DNA of 64,000 nt from Clostridiales bacterium. Its GTDB lineage: Bacteria; Bacillota; Clostridia; Christensenellales; Borkfalkiaceae. Positions 26,663 through 38,160 of the stretch are shown here, in pieces; positions within the stretch are counted from its first letter, which is position 1; every line of letters starts with the position of its first letter. The stretch covers positions 6,563 through 70,562 of the forward strand of contig SVIB01000001.1 of assembly GCA_015055505.1 (NCBI GenBank), in the 5' to 3' direction. Made by a program: the position numbers and the translations under genes. Under the pieces are notes generated by a model that made no database searches, had not been told where the DNA came from, and saw only the letters and a list, made by a program, of their open reading frames with translations.

Positions 26663-27325
26663 ATGGGACAGAAAGTTAATCCACACGGTTTAAGAGTAGG
26701 TATTATTAAAGGTTGGGATACCCAATGGTATGCTGACAAAAAAGAATTCGGCGCATTCATTAAAGAAGACCATGATATTAGAGAATACGTAAAAACTACT
26801 TATTATCAAGCAGCAATTTCGAGAATTTATATCGAAAGAGCAGCAGGTAGAATTGCAATCTCTATTCATACTGCACGTCCCGGTGTATTAATCGGTAAAG
26901 CAGGCGCAGAAATCGAAGTTATGAAAAAACAACTTGCTAAAATCACTAAAGGTAAGCAAGTTGCAGTAAACATTATCGAAGTTAAAAAGCCCGACTGTGA
27001 TTCTCAACTCGTAGCAGAATCAATCGCTGCACAACTTGAAAAGAGAGCATCTTTTAGAAGAAGTATGAAACAAGCGATTTCAAGATCTATGAGAATGGGC
27101 GCAAAGGGTATCAAAGTTATGGTAAGCGGTCGTCTTGACGGCGCTGAAATAGCAAGAAGTGAACAGTATCATGACGGTTCAATTCCTCTTCAAACCCTTC
27201 GTGCAGACATTGATTACGGATTTGCTGAAGCACACACTACTTTCGGCTGTATCGGTATCAAAGTTTGGATTTACAAGGGCGAAGTATTGGGCGACGTAAG
27301 AAGAACCGAAGGAGGCGAAGCTTAA
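26663..27325 (+). CDS. rpsC: 30S ribosomal protein S3
   Basis: It starts with the conserved [13 protein letters not shown]. Confidence 0.97.
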   Translation: MGQKVNPHGLRVGIIKGWDTQWYADKKEFGAFIKEDHDIREYVKTTYYQAAISRIYIERAAGRIAISIHTARPGVLIGKAGAEIEVMKKQLAKITKGKQVAVNIIEVKKPDCDSQLVAESIAAQLEKRASFRRSMKQAISRSMRMGAKGIKVMVSGRLDGAEIARSEQYHDGSIPLQTLRADIDYGFAEAHTTFGCIGIKVWIYKGEVLGDVRRTEGGEA

Positions 27326-27326
27326 T

Positions 27327-27755
27327 ATGTTAATGCCAAAAAGAGTTAAAAGAAGAAAACAGCATAGAGGCAGAATGACCGGTAAGGTTACCAAAGGTAA
27401 CGTAATTGCATACGGTGAATACGCGCTCGTGGCTGAAAGTTCGGCTTGGGTAACTTCTAACCAAATAGAAGCAGCCAGAATAGCAATGACGAGATTCGTT
27501 AAGCGTGGCGGTCAAGTTTGGATAGACATATTCCCCCACAAGCCCATCACCTCGAAGCCCGCTGAAACCAGAATGGGTTCAGGTAAAGGTACGGTAGAAT
27601 ACTGGGTAGCAGTAGTAAAACCCGGTAGAGTAATGTTTGAAATGGCAGGTGTTAGCGAGGCTGACGCAAGAGAAGCAATGCGTCTTGCAAGTTATAAACT
27701 TCCCGTTAAGACCAAGTTCATAAAGAAAGAAAATCAAGAAGGAGTTGAAGGTTAA
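27327..27755 (+). CDS. rplP: 50S ribosomal protein L16
   Basis: It has the [16 protein letters not shown]-terminus. Confidence 0.97.
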   Translation: MLMPKRVKRRKQHRGRMTGKVTKGNVIAYGEYALVAESSAWVTSNQIEAARIAMTRFVKRGGQVWIDIFPHKPITSKPAETRMGSGKGTVEYWVAVVKPGRVMFEMAGVSEADAREAMRLASYKLPVKTKFIKKENQEGVEG

Positions 27756-27757
27756 TC

Positions 27758-27958
27758 ATGAAAGCACAGGAAATTCACGGAATGACTAATGACGAATTGA
27801 CCACCAAGTTGGCTGATTTGAAAGAAGAACTCTTTAACCTTCATTTCCGCCACGCTACCGGTCAACTTGACAATCCTATCGTAATTAGAAATACGAAGAG
27901 AGATATCGCAAGAATTAAGACCGAAATACGTGCCAGAGAAATCAAGGCAAACGTTTAA
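27758..27958 (+). CDS. rpmC: 50S ribosomal protein L29
   Basis: Sequence and operon order support the call. Confidence 0.95.
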   Translation: MKAQEIHGMTNDELTTKLADLKEELFNLHFRHATGQLDNPIVIRNTKRDIARIKTEIRAREIKANV

Positions 27959-27973
27959 GCGGAGGAGTAGAAG

Positions 27974-28228
27974 ATGGAAAGAAATTTAAGAAAAGAAAGA
28001 GTCGGACTCGTAACTTCCGACAAGATGGATAAGACGGTTGTAGTTACCGTAGAGCAAAGAGCAACTCATCCCCTCTACAAAAAGACTATAACTACTTCTA
28101 AAAAATACAAGGCGCACGACGAAAATAACGAGTGTGGCGTAGGCGATAAGGTTAGAATAGTCGAAACCAGAAAACTTTCCAAAGATAAAAACTGGAGAGT
28201 AGCCGAAATTATCGAAAAGGCTAAATAA
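27974..28228 (+). CDS. rpsQ: 30S ribosomal protein S17
   Basis: Sequence and operon order support the call. Confidence 0.95.
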   Translation: MERNLRKERVGLVTSDKMDKTVVVTVEQRATHPLYKKTITTSKKYKAHDENNECGVGDKVRIVETRKLSKDKNWRVAEIIEKAK

Positions 28229-28249
28229 TAAAAGGAGGGCATAGACAAT

Positions 28250-28618
28250 ATGATACAACCACAGACCAGATTAAAGGCTGCTGACAACTCAGGTGCAAAA
28301 GAAATTATGTGCATAAGAGTGCTTGGCGGATCGTTTAGAAGAAGCGGTAATATCGGTGACGTAATCGTAGCAAGTGTCAAGACTGCCACTCCCGGTGGAG
28401 CCGTTAAAAAGGGTGACGTAGTTAAGGCTGTTATCGTAAGAAGCAGTAAAGGACTTAGAAGACCTGACGGAACGCACATTAAGTTTGACGATAACGCAGC
28501 AGTTATTATCGATAACCAAAAACAACCCAGAGGAACTCGTATCTTTGGGCCTGTAGCAAGAGAGCTTCGTGATAAAGATTATATGAGAATCATATCACTT
28601 GCGCCGGAAGTACTTTAA
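28250..28618 (+). CDS. rplN: 50S ribosomal protein L14
   Basis: It has the [19 protein letters not shown]-terminus. Confidence 0.97.
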   Translation: MIQPQTRLKAADNSGAKEIMCIRVLGGSFRRSGNIGDVIVASVKTATPGGAVKKGDVVKAVIVRSSKGLRRPDGTHIKFDDNAAVIIDNQKQPRGTRIFGPVARELRDKDYMRIISLAPEVL

Positions 28619-28630
28619 GGAGATTCAAAA

Positions 28631-29059
28631 ATGAAAGTTAAAAAGAATGATACCGTATTAGTATTGACCGGTAAAGACGCTGGAAAAACCGGTAAGGTTT
28701 TATCTTCAATCCCCGCTGACAACAAAGTAAAAGTTGACGGCGTAAACGTTCAAATGAGAAGCAGAAAGGCAAGAAAAGCTAACGAAACTAGCGCAATCAC
28801 TCCTCAAGTTGGAGCAATCGACGCTTCTAACGTATTAGTAGTTTGTCCTGCATGCGGAAAAGCAACGAGAGTTGGCTACACGGTAGTTGACGGAAAGAAG
28901 ATTAGAACGTGTAAAAAGTGCGGAAAGTCTTTAGACGTAACCGCAGAGGCTAAAAAGGCAGCAAAGAAAGCAACTACCGCTAAAAAGACGGCAGACAAGG
29001 CTGACGCTCCCAAGAAAACCAGAAAAACCACTGCTAAAAAAGCAGATAAAGCCGAATAA
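28631..29059 (+). CDS. rplX: 50S ribosomal protein L24 (long form with four Cys and a K/A-rich tail)
   Basis: It has the KOW N-terminus. CPACGK...CKKCGK replaces the usual non-Cys segment, and the C-terminus carries a lysine/alanine-rich extension of about 40 aa. Confidence 0.9.
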   Translation: MKVKKNDTVLVLTGKDAGKTGKVLSSIPADNKVKVDGVNVQMRSRKARKANETSAITPQVGAIDASNVLVVCPACGKATRVGYTVVDGKKIRTCKKCGKSLDVTAEAKKAAKKATTAKKTADKADAPKKTRKTTAKKADKAE

Positions 29060-29070
29060 GGAGAATTAAG

Positions 29071-29667
29071 ATGGCAGACAAAAAGACTCAGGTTGCTAAG
29101 GAAACTGCAACCGATTCAAAGTATGTTAGCAGAAAGAGAAAATTGTATCAAGAAGAAGTAGTTCCATATCTTATGAAACACTTTGGATACAAGAACGTAA
29201 ACGAATGTCCCAAACTTGTTAAAATAACCATTAACAACGGTCTTGGCGACATTAAAGATAACGCAAAGAGCGTACAAATTGCACAGCAAGAACTTGCTCA
29301 AATCGCAGGTCAAAAGCCAGTACTTACTAAGGCTAAAAAGTCTGTAGCAAACTTCAAAGTAAGAGAGGGCATGAACGTCGGTATTAAGGTAACCTTAAGA
29401 CAGGACAGAATGTATGATTTCTTTGATAAACTCGTATCTATTGCGCTTCCTAGAATCCGTGACTTCAAGGGTGTACCTTCAAAGTCTTTCGACGGAAGAG
29501 GTAACTATGCAATGGGCGTTAAAGAACAACTTATTTTCCCTGAAATTCAGTACGATCAGGTTGAAAAGGTAAGAGGTTTTGATATTTGCATCGTAACGAC
29601 CGCAAAAACGGACGAAGAAGCAAGAGAACTTCTTAAGGCAATGGGAATGCCTTTTAAAGCTAATTAA
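29071..29667 (+). CDS. rplE: 50S ribosomal protein L5 (N-terminal extension of about 19 aa)
   Basis: The L5 core is conserved. I found no in-frame alternative start closer to the conserved N-terminus. Confidence 0.92.
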   Translation: MADKKTQVAKETATDSKYVSRKRKLYQEEVVPYLMKHFGYKNVNECPKLVKITINNGLGDIKDNAKSVQIAQQELAQIAGQKPVLTKAKKSVANFKVREGMNVGIKVTLRQDRMYDFFDKLVSIALPRIRDFKGVPSKSFDGRGNYAMGVKEQLIFPEIQYDQVEKVRGFDICIVTTAKTDEEARELLKAMGMPFKAN

Positions 29668-29681
29668 GGAGAAGAAGAATC

Positions 29682-29867
29682 ATGGCAAAAACAGCAATGA
29701 TAAATAAACAGAAAAAGACACCTAAATTCTCAACGAGAGGATATACGAGATGTTCTATCTGCGGAAGACCGCACTCTGTTCTTAGAAAATACGGAATCTG
29801 CCGTATTTGCTTCAGAGAATTAGCGTACAAGGGCCAAATCCCCGGCGTTAAGAAGGCAAGTTGGTAA
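29682..29867 (+). CDS. rpsN: 30S ribosomal protein S14 type Z (zinc form)
   Basis: It is 61 aa long and has [20 protein letters not shown]. Confidence 0.95.
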   Translation: MAKTAMINKQKKTPKFSTRGYTRCSICGRPHSVLRKYGICRICFRELAYKGQIPGVKKASW

Positions 29868-29884
29868 GAGGAGGTTAGAAAGAA

Positions 29885-30277
29885 ATGACAGATCCTATCG
29901 CAGATATGCTCACAAGAATAAGAAATGCCCTTATCGTAAAACATGATTCGGTAGAAGTACCGGCATCTAATATGAAAAAGGCAATAGCAAAAATACTTCT
30001 CGACGAAGGTTACATTTCAGCATACGACGTTGTTGAAGACGGCGTACAAGGTAAAATCGTAATCACGTTGAAATACGGTCCTAAGGGTGAAAAAGTTATC
30101 AACGGACTTAAGAGAGTTTCCAAACCCGGTCTTCGTATTTACGCAGGCTGTGAAGAACTTCCCAAGGTATTGGGCGGTCTTGGAATCGCTATTATTTCCA
30201 CTCCCAAGGGCGTTATGACAGATAAAGAAGCAAGAAAGTCTAACCACGGCGGTGAAGTTCTTGCTTACGTATGGTAA
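29885..30277 (+). CDS. rpsH: 30S ribosomal protein S8
   Basis: It has the [16 protein letters not shown]-terminus. Confidence 0.97.
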   Translation: MTDPIADMLTRIRNALIVKHDSVEVPASNMKKAIAKILLDEGYISAYDVVEDGVQGKIVITLKYGPKGEKVINGLKRVSKPGLRIYAGCEELPKVLGGLGIAIISTPKGVMTDKEARKSNHGGEVLAYVW

Positions 30278-30289
30278 GGAGGTCCAAAT

Positions 30290-30832
30290 ATGTCAAGAAT
30301 AGGTAGAGAACCGGTAAACGTACCGGCAGGCGTAACTATAACGGCAGACAACGGATTACTTACCGTTAAAGGACCTAAGGGAACTCTTACCCAAGACTAC
30401 GACGCATCTTGCATTTCCTTCAACGTAGAAGGAAACGTAGCAACGGTAGTAAGAGCAAACGACGAGGCTAACGTAAGAGCGAAACACGGCTTATACAGAG
30501 CGCTTTTAAACAACATGGTAGTAGGCGTAACCAACGGATACGCAAAGACCTTAGTTGTAAACGGCGTAGGTTGGAAAGTAGCAAAGAGCGGAAACAAAGT
30601 TGTTCTCAACATTGGATTCTCGCACCCCGTCGAAATTCTTGAAACTGAAGACGTTAAGCTTGAATGTCCTTCAATTACCGAAATCGTTGTAAGCGGTATC
30701 GATAAAGCAAAAGTAGGACAATATGCAGCAACCGTTAGAAGTTTGAGAGAACCTGAACCTTACCACGGTTACGGTATCGCTTATAAGGGCGAAGTAATCG
30801 AACGTAAGGAAGGTAAGACTGCAGGTAAATAA
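30290..30832 (+). CDS. rplF: 50S ribosomal protein L6
   Basis: Sequence and operon order support the call. Confidence 0.97.
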   Translation: MSRIGREPVNVPAGVTITADNGLLTVKGPKGTLTQDYDASCISFNVEGNVATVVRANDEANVRAKHGLYRALLNNMVVGVTNGYAKTLVVNGVGWKVAKSGNKVVLNIGFSHPVEILETEDVKLECPSITEIVVSGIDKAKVGQYAATVRSLREPEPYHGYGIAYKGEVIERKEGKTAGK

Positions 30833-30845
30833 GGAGTAAACTGAT

Positions 30846-31214
30846 ATGATAGCTAAATTAGATAAAAATGCAGACAGAAGGAAAAGACATGAGAGAGTAA
30901 GAAACAAGATTTCTGGCACTCCCGAATGTCCAAGACTTTGTGTTTATAGAAGTTTAAACAACATTTACGCGCAGATTATCGACGACGTAAATGGCAACAC
31001 ACTCGTTGCTTGCTCGACGAAAGAAAAAGCAGTTGCATCGCAACTTGCAGACAAAACTAAGAGCGAACAAGCAAAGGTAGTAGGTGTAGAACTTGCTAAA
31101 AAGGCCCTTGCAAAAGGTATTGAAAAAGTAGTATTCGATAGAGGTGGATACATCTATATTGGAAGAGTAGCAAGTTTAGCAGACGGCGCCCGTGAAGGCG
31201 GCTTAAAATTCTAA
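30846..31214 (+). CDS. rplR: 50S ribosomal protein L18
   Basis: Sequence and operon order support the call. Confidence 0.95.
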   Translation: MIAKLDKNADRRKRHERVRNKISGTPECPRLCVYRSLNNIYAQIIDDVNGNTLVACSTKEKAVASQLADKTKSEQAKVVGVELAKKALAKGIEKVVFDRGGYIYIGRVASLADGAREGGLKF

Positions 31215-31231
31215 AAGGAGGAACGAAAATA

Positions 31232-31753
31232 ATGGCAAGAGATAACAATAGACCTCAAAGAAAGAATGATCGTGACGACGGTCTTTGCAAAAAACTTATA
31301 GCCGTTAACCGTATTACGAAAGTTGTAAAAGGCGGACGTAAAATGCGTTTCTCCGCTCTCGTTGTAATCGGCGACGAAAACGGCAGAGTAGGCTGCGGAA
31401 GCGGTAAGGCAAACGAAGTTCCCGAAGCAATCGAAAAGGCAACTGCACAAGCAAAAAAGGCTATGCGTAAAGTTTCCTTAGTAGGTACTTCAATTCCTCA
31501 CACTGTAGTAGGTAAGTTCGGTAGAGGTTCAGTCCTCATGATGCCTGCAGCAGAAGGTACCGGTGTTATCGCCGGCGGTCCTGTTCGTGCGGTAATGGAA
31601 GCAGCGGGAATTAAGAACATTAGAACCAAATCACACGGCACTTCTAACCCAGTAAATATGGTTAAAGCAGTTATTGCAGGACTTAACGAACTCAAGACTG
31701 TTGAAGAAGTTGCAGCACTTCGCGGAAAGACCGCTGAAGAAGTGTTAGGTTAA
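31232..31753 (+). CDS. rpsE: 30S ribosomal protein S5
   Basis: Sequence and operon order support the call. Confidence 0.97.
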   Translation: MARDNNRPQRKNDRDDGLCKKLIAVNRITKVVKGGRKMRFSALVVIGDENGRVGCGSGKANEVPEAIEKATAQAKKAMRKVSLVGTSIPHTVVGKFGRGSVLMMPAAEGTGVIAGGPVRAVMEAAGIKNIRTKSHGTSNPVNMVKAVIAGLNELKTVEEVAALRGKTAEEVLG

Positions 31754-31768
31754 TAGGAGGAACTTTCA

Positions 31769-31948
31769 ATGGCACAAGTAAAAGTAACTCTTGTAAGAAG
31801 TACTATTGCATGTCTTCCCAAGCAAAAAGCAACGGTAGCAGCATTAGGTCTTAAAAAAATAAATCAATCAAAGGTTTTTACCGACAGTGTCACGTTGCAG
31901 GGACAGCTTAAAGTTGTTTCTCACTTGGTAAAAGTCGAGAATGTATAA
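31769..31948 (+). CDS. rpmD: 50S ribosomal protein L30 (59 aa, absent from the ORF track)
   Basis: My hand translation is [59 protein letters not shown]. It has an AGGAGG RBS. Confidence 0.9.
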   Translation: MAQVKVTLVRSTIACLPKQKATVAALGLKKINQSKVFTDSVTLQGQLKVVSHLVKVENV

Positions 31949-31961
31949 GGAAGGTATTAAC

Positions 31962-32408
31962 ATGAGAATTGATACGTTACAGCCTGCAGAAGGCGCAAGA
32001 ACTTCCAAAAAAAGACTTGGACGCGGTATTGGCTCAGGACTTGGCAAGACTAGCGGTAAAGGTCATAAAGGACAATGGGCAAGAAGTGGCGGTGGAGTAA
32101 GACCGGGATTTGAAGGCGGTCAAATGCCCCTCACTCGTAGAGTTCCCAAACGTGGATTCAACAATCATTTTAGAAAAGTTTACGCAATCGTAAACCTCGA
32201 CGTACTTTCCGCATTTGAAGCCGGTGCTGTAGTAGACTACGAAATTCTTTGGGAGATGGGACTCATCAAAGAAGTAAAGAATGCCGTAGGTCTTAAAGTA
32301 CTTGGCAACGGTGAACTTAAGGTTGCTATAACCGTAAAGGCTGCTAAATTCTCTGTTTCTGCAAAAGAAGCAATAGAAAAAGCAGGTGGCACGGCAGAAA
32401 TAGTATAA
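31962..32408 (+). CDS. rplO: 50S ribosomal protein L15
   Basis: It has the [13 protein letters not shown]-terminus. I chose the internal ATG after an AAGGAAGG RBS. Confidence 0.93.
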   Translation: MRIDTLQPAEGARTSKKRLGRGIGSGLGKTSGKGHKGQWARSGGGVRPGFEGGQMPLTRRVPKRGFNNHFRKVYAIVNLDVLSAFEAGAVVDYEILWEMGLIKEVKNAVGLKVLGNGELKVAITVKAAKFSVSAKEAIEKAGGTAEIV

Positions 32409-32432
32409 CCCACCCAAAAGCGGAGGTAGAAA

Positions 32433-33782
32433 ATGTTTGAGACGTTAAAAAACGCATTTAAAGTAAAAGAGATAAGACATAAGATATACTGGACGTTATT
32501 GTTCCTTCTTATCTACAGAATAGGATGTTTTATTCCCGTTCCCGGCGTAGGTACTGAACTTTTAAACAGTAACATCACAGGTAGCGCGTCTTACCTCAAT
32601 ATAATGAGTATGATGACAGGTGGCGCTCTTGCAAACGGAACGTTATTTGCAATGGGTATAGGACCTTACATCAACGCATCAATTATTATGCAACTTTTAG
32701 CCGTAGCAATTCCGCCTCTCGAAAGATTATCAAAACAGGGCGAAGAAGGAAGAAAGAAGATATCCGCATATACGAGATATCTTGCAGTAATCCTTGCTAT
32801 CGTTCAGTCAATAGGTATTTTAGTAGGTTACGGAACGCTTGCAACCGCAGAAGGCGGAGATATTCCTAAACTTTCGGCAATTATAGCCGGCGGTGTAAGA
32901 AACGTAAACGGCTTTACTAACTTCTTAAGTTACGTAATAATTATTCTTTTCTATACTGCAGGAACTTGCGCAACGATATGGATTGGAGAAAGAATTACCG
33001 ATTATGGTGTTTCTAACGGTATTTCACTCCTCATCTTCGCAGGTATCATTGCAACGGTAGGACTTTTCATTACACAACAGTTTAGTCTTATCTTCTCGGA
33101 TAGTTTCAATAGAACTAACTTACTCTACCTTATTATTTACTTAATACTCGTTGTAGTCGTATTCGGCGCAATCGTATTCGTAGATTTGGCAGAGAGAAAG
33201 ATAAACGTACAGTATGCAAAGCAAGTTAAGGGAAGAAAGATGTACGGCGGACAATCTACCGTAATTCCCATTAAGGTTAACGCAAACGGCGTAATGCCCC
33301 TTATCTTTGCGTTCTCAATCCTTACTTTCCCAGAACTTATCATGACGCTCTTTAACTGGACTAACGCGCTCTCTTGGTGGAGTACTTGGCTCGGTTCTAC
33401 GTCAAGATATCCTTTCTATGCAATACTTTTAAGTTTACTCGTTGTGTTCTTTGCGTTCTTCTATTCGCAAATTCAATTCAATCCCGAAGATATATCTAAG
33501 ACCATTCAACAAAACGGCGGATTTATCCCAGGAATTAGACCGGGTAAGCCAACTGCAGATTATCTCAAGAAAATCTCTAACAGACTTACTCTTTTCGGAG
33601 CAATATTCCTTGCTCTCCTTGCACTCATACCCACCGTTGTATTTAACTTCATTCCTACCGTAACGAACGGAGGAGCGTTCAGTGCAACAGGTATGCTTAT
33701 CTGTGTATCGGTAGCCCTTGAATTTAACACGGCTCTTGAATCGCAGATTATGATGAAGAACTATAAAGGATTCTTAAAGTAA
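32433..33782 (+). CDS. secY: preprotein translocase subunit SecY
   Basis: The protein has 10 TM segments and conserved SecY sequence, and sits at the expected operon position. Confidence 0.97.
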   Translation: MFETLKNAFKVKEIRHKIYWTLLFLLIYRIGCFIPVPGVGTELLNSNITGSASYLNIMSMMTGGALANGTLFAMGIGPYINASIIMQLLAVAIPPLERLSKQGEEGRKKISAYTRYLAVILAIVQSIGILVGYGTLATAEGGDIPKLSAIIAGGVRNVNGFTNFLSYVIIILFYTAGTCATIWIGERITDYGVSNGISLLIFAGIIATVGLFITQQFSLIFSDSFNRTNLLYLIIYLILVVVVFGAIVFVDLAERKINVQYAKQVKGRKMYGGQSTVIPIKVNANGVMPLIFAFSILTFPELIMTLFNWTNALSWWSTWLGSTSRYPFYAILLSLLVVFFAFFYSQIQFNPEDISKTIQQNGGFIPGIRPGKPTADYLKKISNRLTLFGAIFLALLALIPTVVFNFIPTVTNGGAFSATGMLICVSVALEFNTALESQIMMKNYKGFLK

Positions 33783-33783
33783 G

Positions 33784-34404
33784 ATGAACGTTATATTACT
33801 TGGAGCGCCCGGCGCAGGAAAAGGTACTCAAGCGGTAAGACTTGCTGAAAAGTACAACATTCCTCACATATCAACGGGTGACATATTTAGAAGCAATATA
33901 AAAGGACAAACCCCAATTGGAATGGTTGCCAAGTCGTATATCGACAAAGGGCAACTCGTTCCAGACGAGGTTACCATACAGATAGTTAAGGAAAGACTTG
34001 AAAAAGAGGACTGCAAAAACGGTTATCTTTTAGACGGTTTCCCCAGAACGGTTTCTCAAGCCGAGGCATTAGATACTTTCTCTAAGGTTGAAGCAGTAGT
34101 AAACGTTGACGTACCCCTTGGAAAACTTTTAAAGAGAATTACGGGAAGAAGAGTTTGCGCTAAATGCGGAGAATCTTATCACGTAGACTATTTAAACGGA
34201 AGTACTACTTGCGCTAAATGCGGAGCAGAACTTATCCAAAGAGCAGACGACAACGAAGAGACCGTTGGAGCAAGACTTGAAGTATATCAAAAATCAACCG
34301 CACCGCTTATTGAGTATTACGAAAATAAAGGCGTATTACTTACCGTAGACGGTGACGGCGATATCGAAAAAGTATTCAATTCCATTTGCGAAAAGTTAGG
34401 CTAA
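33784..34404 (+). CDS. adk: adenylate kinase (zinc-lid form)
   Basis: It has a [11 protein letters not shown]-loop and a lid with CAKCG...CAKCG. Confidence 0.97.
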   Translation: MNVILLGAPGAGKGTQAVRLAEKYNIPHISTGDIFRSNIKGQTPIGMVAKSYIDKGQLVPDEVTIQIVKERLEKEDCKNGYLLDGFPRTVSQAEALDTFSKVEAVVNVDVPLGKLLKRITGRRVCAKCGESYHVDYLNGSTTCAKCGAELIQRADDNEETVGARLEVYQKSTAPLIEYYENKGVLLTVDGDGDIEKVFNSICEKLG

Positions 34405-34405
34405 G

Positions 34406-35143
34406 ATGATACGCATAAAGACAGACGAAGAAATAAAACTTATGCGAGAGGCTTGTAAGATTACCGGCGACGTTTTAAAACTCATTGAGGATAAGATAAA
34501 AGTCGGTATGACTACAATGCAACTTGATAAAATAGCGTATGATTATATAACGTCTTGCGGAGCAAAACCCTCGTTCTTAGGTTTGTACGGCTTTCCCGCA
34601 ACGACTTGTATCTCGATTGACGAGCAAGTTGTACACGGTATCCCGTCAAACAGAATAATCGAAGAAGATATGATTGTAAGCGTTGACGTAGGCGCGTATA
34701 TAAACGGATTCCACGGCGACGCGGCAAGAAGTTTGTACGTAGGGCACATAAGCCCCGAAAAGAAAAGGCTTATCGACGTAACGAAAGAATGTTTCTTTGA
34801 AGGAATAAAGGGTATATGCGTAGGCAGTGCGCTTGGAGATATAGGCGCGCAAGTTCAAGCCCATGCCGAAAAGAACGGCTACTCGGTAGTAAGAGAAATG
34901 GTCGGTCACGGTATAGGTAGGGATATGCACGAAGATCCAAACGTGCCTAACTATGGCAAAAGAGGAACGGGAGTTAGGCTGAAGAGGAATATGACTCTTG
35001 CCGTTGAACCCATGGTAAATATGGGCGGGTATGAGATAGACCTTAACGGTTGGGACTGCGTAACGAGGGACAAAAAACCGTCCGCTCATTACGAAAATAC
35101 AATTTTGATAGGAGATAACGGCGTTGAGATATTAACGCTTTAA
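34406..35143 (+). CDS. map: type I methionine aminopeptidase
   Basis: The sequence is conserved and it sits at the expected operon position. Confidence 0.95.
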   Translation: MIRIKTDEEIKLMREACKITGDVLKLIEDKIKVGMTTMQLDKIAYDYITSCGAKPSFLGLYGFPATTCISIDEQVVHGIPSNRIIEEDMIVSVDVGAYINGFHGDAARSLYVGHISPEKKRLIDVTKECFFEGIKGICVGSALGDIGAQVQAHAEKNGYSVVREMVGHGIGRDMHEDPNVPNYGKRGTGVRLKRNMTLAVEPMVNMGGYEIDLNGWDCVTRDKKPSAHYENTILIGDNGVEILTL

Positions 35144-35284
35144 TCCGAAAGAAAAAGACGGCGCACGCACAATTCTGATGGTAAAAGTGTAAACTTTTAT
35201 GGAAAAGGAAGACGCTGAAAGCGTGTGCAAAACAACAAGTAAAACCGTACCGAAGGGTACAAAATAAAATTGGAGGAATCAACT

Positions 35285-35506
35285 GTGTCAAAGGACGACG
35301 TTATTGAGGCAGAAGGCGTGATTTTAGAAGCGTTGAAAGGTGCTAAATTTAAGGTAAAACTTTCAAACGGGCACGTAATCGTAGCCTACGTTTCAGGAAA
35401 ACTCATGAGGAATTTCATAAAGATAATTCCCGGAGATTCAGTAAAGATAGAAATGAGCCCCTATGATTTGAACAACGGTCGAATAGTATGGCGTAGCAAA
35501 AGCTGA
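35285..35506 (+). CDS. infA: translation initiation factor IF-1
   Basis: It has SKDDVIEAEGVILEALKGAKFKVKL. The start is GTG, 7 nt after a GGAGGA RBS. Confidence 0.93.
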   Translation: MSKDDVIEAEGVILEALKGAKFKVKLSNGHVIVAYVSGKLMRNFIKIIPGDSVKIEMSPYDLNNGRIVWRSKS

Positions 35507-35545
35507 CAATTTTGTTAATTTAACTTAAATCGGAGGATTAAAAAA

Positions 35546-35662
35546 ATGAAAGTAAGACCATCAGTGAAACCTATGTGCGACAAATGCAGAGTCATTAAGA
35601 GAGAAGGTAAGGTTATGGTTATCTGCTCAAAGAACAAGAGCCATAAGCAAAAACAAGGTTAA
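35546..35662 (+). CDS. rpmJ: 50S ribosomal protein L36 (38 aa, absent from the ORF track)
   Basis: My hand translation is [38 protein letters not shown]. It has a GGAGGA RBS. Confidence 0.92.
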   Translation: MKVRPSVKPMCDKCRVIKREGKVMVICSKNKSHKQKQG

Positions 35663-35741
35663 TTACTTTTGAACTTAAAGCCCGTAAAAAGCGGGAAACA
35701 AAAAATATCAAACTTATAAAAAAATTCGGAGGATATACAAA

Positions 35742-36119
35742 ATGGCTCGTATTGCCGGTGTAGATTTACCAAGAGAAAAGCGCGTTGAAATCGGTATCAC
35801 TTATATTTACGGTATCGGTAGACCGACCGCAACCAAAATTTTAAACGCAACCGGAGTTAATCCTGACACGAGAGTTAAGGATTTAACTGAAGATGACGTT
35901 GCAAAATTGAGAGATTATATTGAAAACAACCTTAAAGTTGAAGGTGAACTTAAAGGTGAAGTAAGCCTTAACATCAAAAGACTTATGGAAATTGGATGTT
36001 ACAGAGGCGTTAGACACAGAAAAGGTCTTCCCGTAAGAGGACAAAGCACCAAGAGAAACGCAAGAACTAGAAAAGGTCCGCGTCGTACTGTTGCTAAGAA
36101 GAAGACTGCAGGTAAATAA
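35742..36119 (+). CDS. rpsM: 30S ribosomal protein S13
   Basis: It has the [15 protein letters not shown]-terminus. Confidence 0.97.
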   Translation: MARIAGVDLPREKRVEIGITYIYGIGRPTATKILNATGVNPDTRVKDLTEDDVAKLRDYIENNLKVEGELKGEVSLNIKRLMEIGCYRGVRHRKGLPVRGQSTKRNARTRKGPRRTVAKKKTAGK

Positions 36120-36138
36120 GAGAAGGAGGATATAAACA

Positions 36139-36528
36139 ATGGCTGTTAAGAAAGTTGTTAAAAAACGTAAAGAGTTTAAAAATGTTGACAAAGGTCAAGT
36201 TCATATCAAGTCCTCTTTCAACAATACTATCGTAACTGTTACTGATGCAAACGGTAACGCTATTACTCAATGCAGTTCGGGCGCACTCGGCTATAGAGGT
36301 TCGAGAAAGAGCACCCCGTTTGCTGCTCAACAAGCAAGTGAAACTGCAGCGAAAGTTGCTATGGAACACGGACTTCGTTCTGTAGAAGTTTTCGTAAAAG
36401 GCCCCGGTCAAGGAAGAGAATCGGCAATTAGAGCGCTTGGCAACGTAGGTTTGGAAGTTACTATGATTTCCGACGTATCGCCAATTCCTCACAACGGATG
36501 CCGTCCCCCCAAACGCCGTAGAGTATAA
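36139..36528 (+). CDS. rpsK: 30S ribosomal protein S11
   Basis: Sequence and operon order support the call. Confidence 0.97.
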   Translation: MAVKKVVKKRKEFKNVDKGQVHIKSSFNNTIVTVTDANGNAITQCSSGALGYRGSRKSTPFAAQQASETAAKVAMEHGLRSVEVFVKGPGQGRESAIRALGNVGLEVTMISDVSPIPHNGCRPPKRRRV

Positions 36529-36546
36529 TAGGAGGTAGATAGTATA

Positions 36547-37173
36547 ATGGCTAAATATACAGACGCAAAGTGCCGCTTATGTAGACGTGAAGGCGGTAAG
36601 TTATTCTTAAAAGGCGACAAGTGCTATAAGACCTCTTGTCCTTTTGAAAAAAGACCTGTTGCTCCCGGACAACACGGAGCAGACAGAAAGAAGGTTTCTG
36701 AATACGGATTACAACTTCGTGAAAAACAAAAGACGAAGAGAATTTACGGTGTACTTGAAGGTCAATTTAGAGCATATTATGAAAAGGCCGACAGAATGAA
36801 GGGTATTACCGGTGAAAACATGCTTTCTCTCTTAGAGAGAAGACTTGACAACGTTGTTTATAGAATGGGTGTTGCAGTATCGAGATCTCAAGCTCGTCAA
36901 CTTGTAACTCACGCTCATTTCACCGTAAACGGCAGATCGGTAGACATTGCTTCTTATCAGGTTAAAGTAGGCGACGTAATCGCAGTTAAAGAAACCAAGA
37001 AATCGACTCCTTATTTTGAGGCGTTAAAGGGTACTGCAAAGAGCGGTAAGATGCCCAAATGGTTAGACTTCGACACTGAAAAACTCGAAGGAAAGATTAT
37101 TGCACTTCCGACAAGAGAGGATATTGATTCGCAGATAACCGAACAGATGATCGTCGAGTTGTATTCTAAGTAA
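36547..37173 (+). CDS. rpsD: 30S ribosomal protein S4
   Basis: It has the [17 protein letters not shown]-terminus and an S4 domain. Confidence 0.97.
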   Translation: MAKYTDAKCRLCRREGGKLFLKGDKCYKTSCPFEKRPVAPGQHGADRKKVSEYGLQLREKQKTKRIYGVLEGQFRAYYEKADRMKGITGENMLSLLERRLDNVVYRMGVAVSRSQARQLVTHAHFTVNGRSVDIASYQVKVGDVIAVKETKKSTPYFEALKGTAKSGKMPKWLDFDTEKLEGKIIALPTREDIDSQITEQMIVELYSK

Positions 37174-37211
37174 TATATACCAAAATAAATAATCAGGAGG
37201 TATATTTTTCT

Positions 37212-38156
37212 ATGATGGAAATAGAAACGCCAAAGATCGAGGTTGAAGAAAGCGAAGACAGAAGTTATGCGAAAATCGTCGTTGAGCCCCTTGAAAAAGA
37301 GTTTGGCTTAACACTTGGCAACGCGCTTAGAAGGACGTTATTATCGTCCCTTCCGGGTGCTGCTGCGCAAGGCATTAAGTTCGCAAGCGGAGTAAAGCAT
37401 GAGTTTTCTACCATCCCCGGTATTAAAGAAGACGTTACGGAAATTATATTAAACATAAAGGGCATTGCTTTTAAGACGACTACTACCGATTCCGACTTTA
37501 AGAAAGTTGTAAGACTTTGCAAAAGCGGACCTGCAGTAGTTCTTGCAGGCGATATCGCTCCCGATATGGAAGTAGAAGTGTTAAACAAAGACGCTTATAT
37601 CTGTACCATAGACAAGGGCGGTGTGCTTGATATGGAAATAGTTGTAGGAAGAGACAGAGGATACAAAGGCGCAGAGCATAATAAAACAGACGAGATTGAT
37701 TATATCGCTATCGACTCTAACTATTCACCCGTAAAGAAAGTAAGTTATAACGTAGAAAATACGCGTGTTGGACAAAACACCGATTACGATAAACTCACTT
37801 TAGAAGTATGGACTAACGGCGCATTCTCAGGAAAGGAAATTATAAGCCTTGCTGCGAAAATTCTCGGCGAGCATATTGAACTTTTCAAGTTGAGCGACGT
37901 TATGAGCGGACCTATCGTAGTTCCGCCAAAGCAAGACATTACGGGCAAGATAAGAGAAATGAGCATAGAGGATATGGATCTTTCAGTTCGTTCGTATAAC
38001 TGTTTAAAGAGAGCAAATATCCACACTGTTGACGATTTAACCAAAAAGACCGAAGACGATATGCTTAAGGTAAGAAACTTAGGTAAGAAATCGTTGGACG
38101 AGGTAATTTATAAATTAAGTACCTACGGTCTGTCATTAAGAGAAAAGGAGGACTAA
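37212..38156 (+). CDS. rpoA: DNA-directed RNA polymerase alpha subunit
   Basis: The NTD and CTD are conserved (SVRSYNCLKRANI). Confidence 0.97.
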   Translation: MMEIETPKIEVEESEDRSYAKIVVEPLEKEFGLTLGNALRRTLLSSLPGAAAQGIKFASGVKHEFSTIPGIKEDVTEIILNIKGIAFKTTTTDSDFKKVVRLCKSGPAVVLAGDIAPDMEVEVLNKDAYICTIDKGGVLDMEIVVGRDRGYKGAEHNKTDEIDYIAIDSNYSPVKKVSYNVENTRVGQNTDYDKLTLEVWTNGAFSGKEIISLAAKILGEHIELFKLSDVMSGPIVVPPKQDITGKIREMSIEDMDLSVRSYNCLKRANIHTVDDLTKKTEDDMLKVRNLGKKSLDEVIYKLSTYGLSLREKED

Positions 38157-38160
38157 AAAA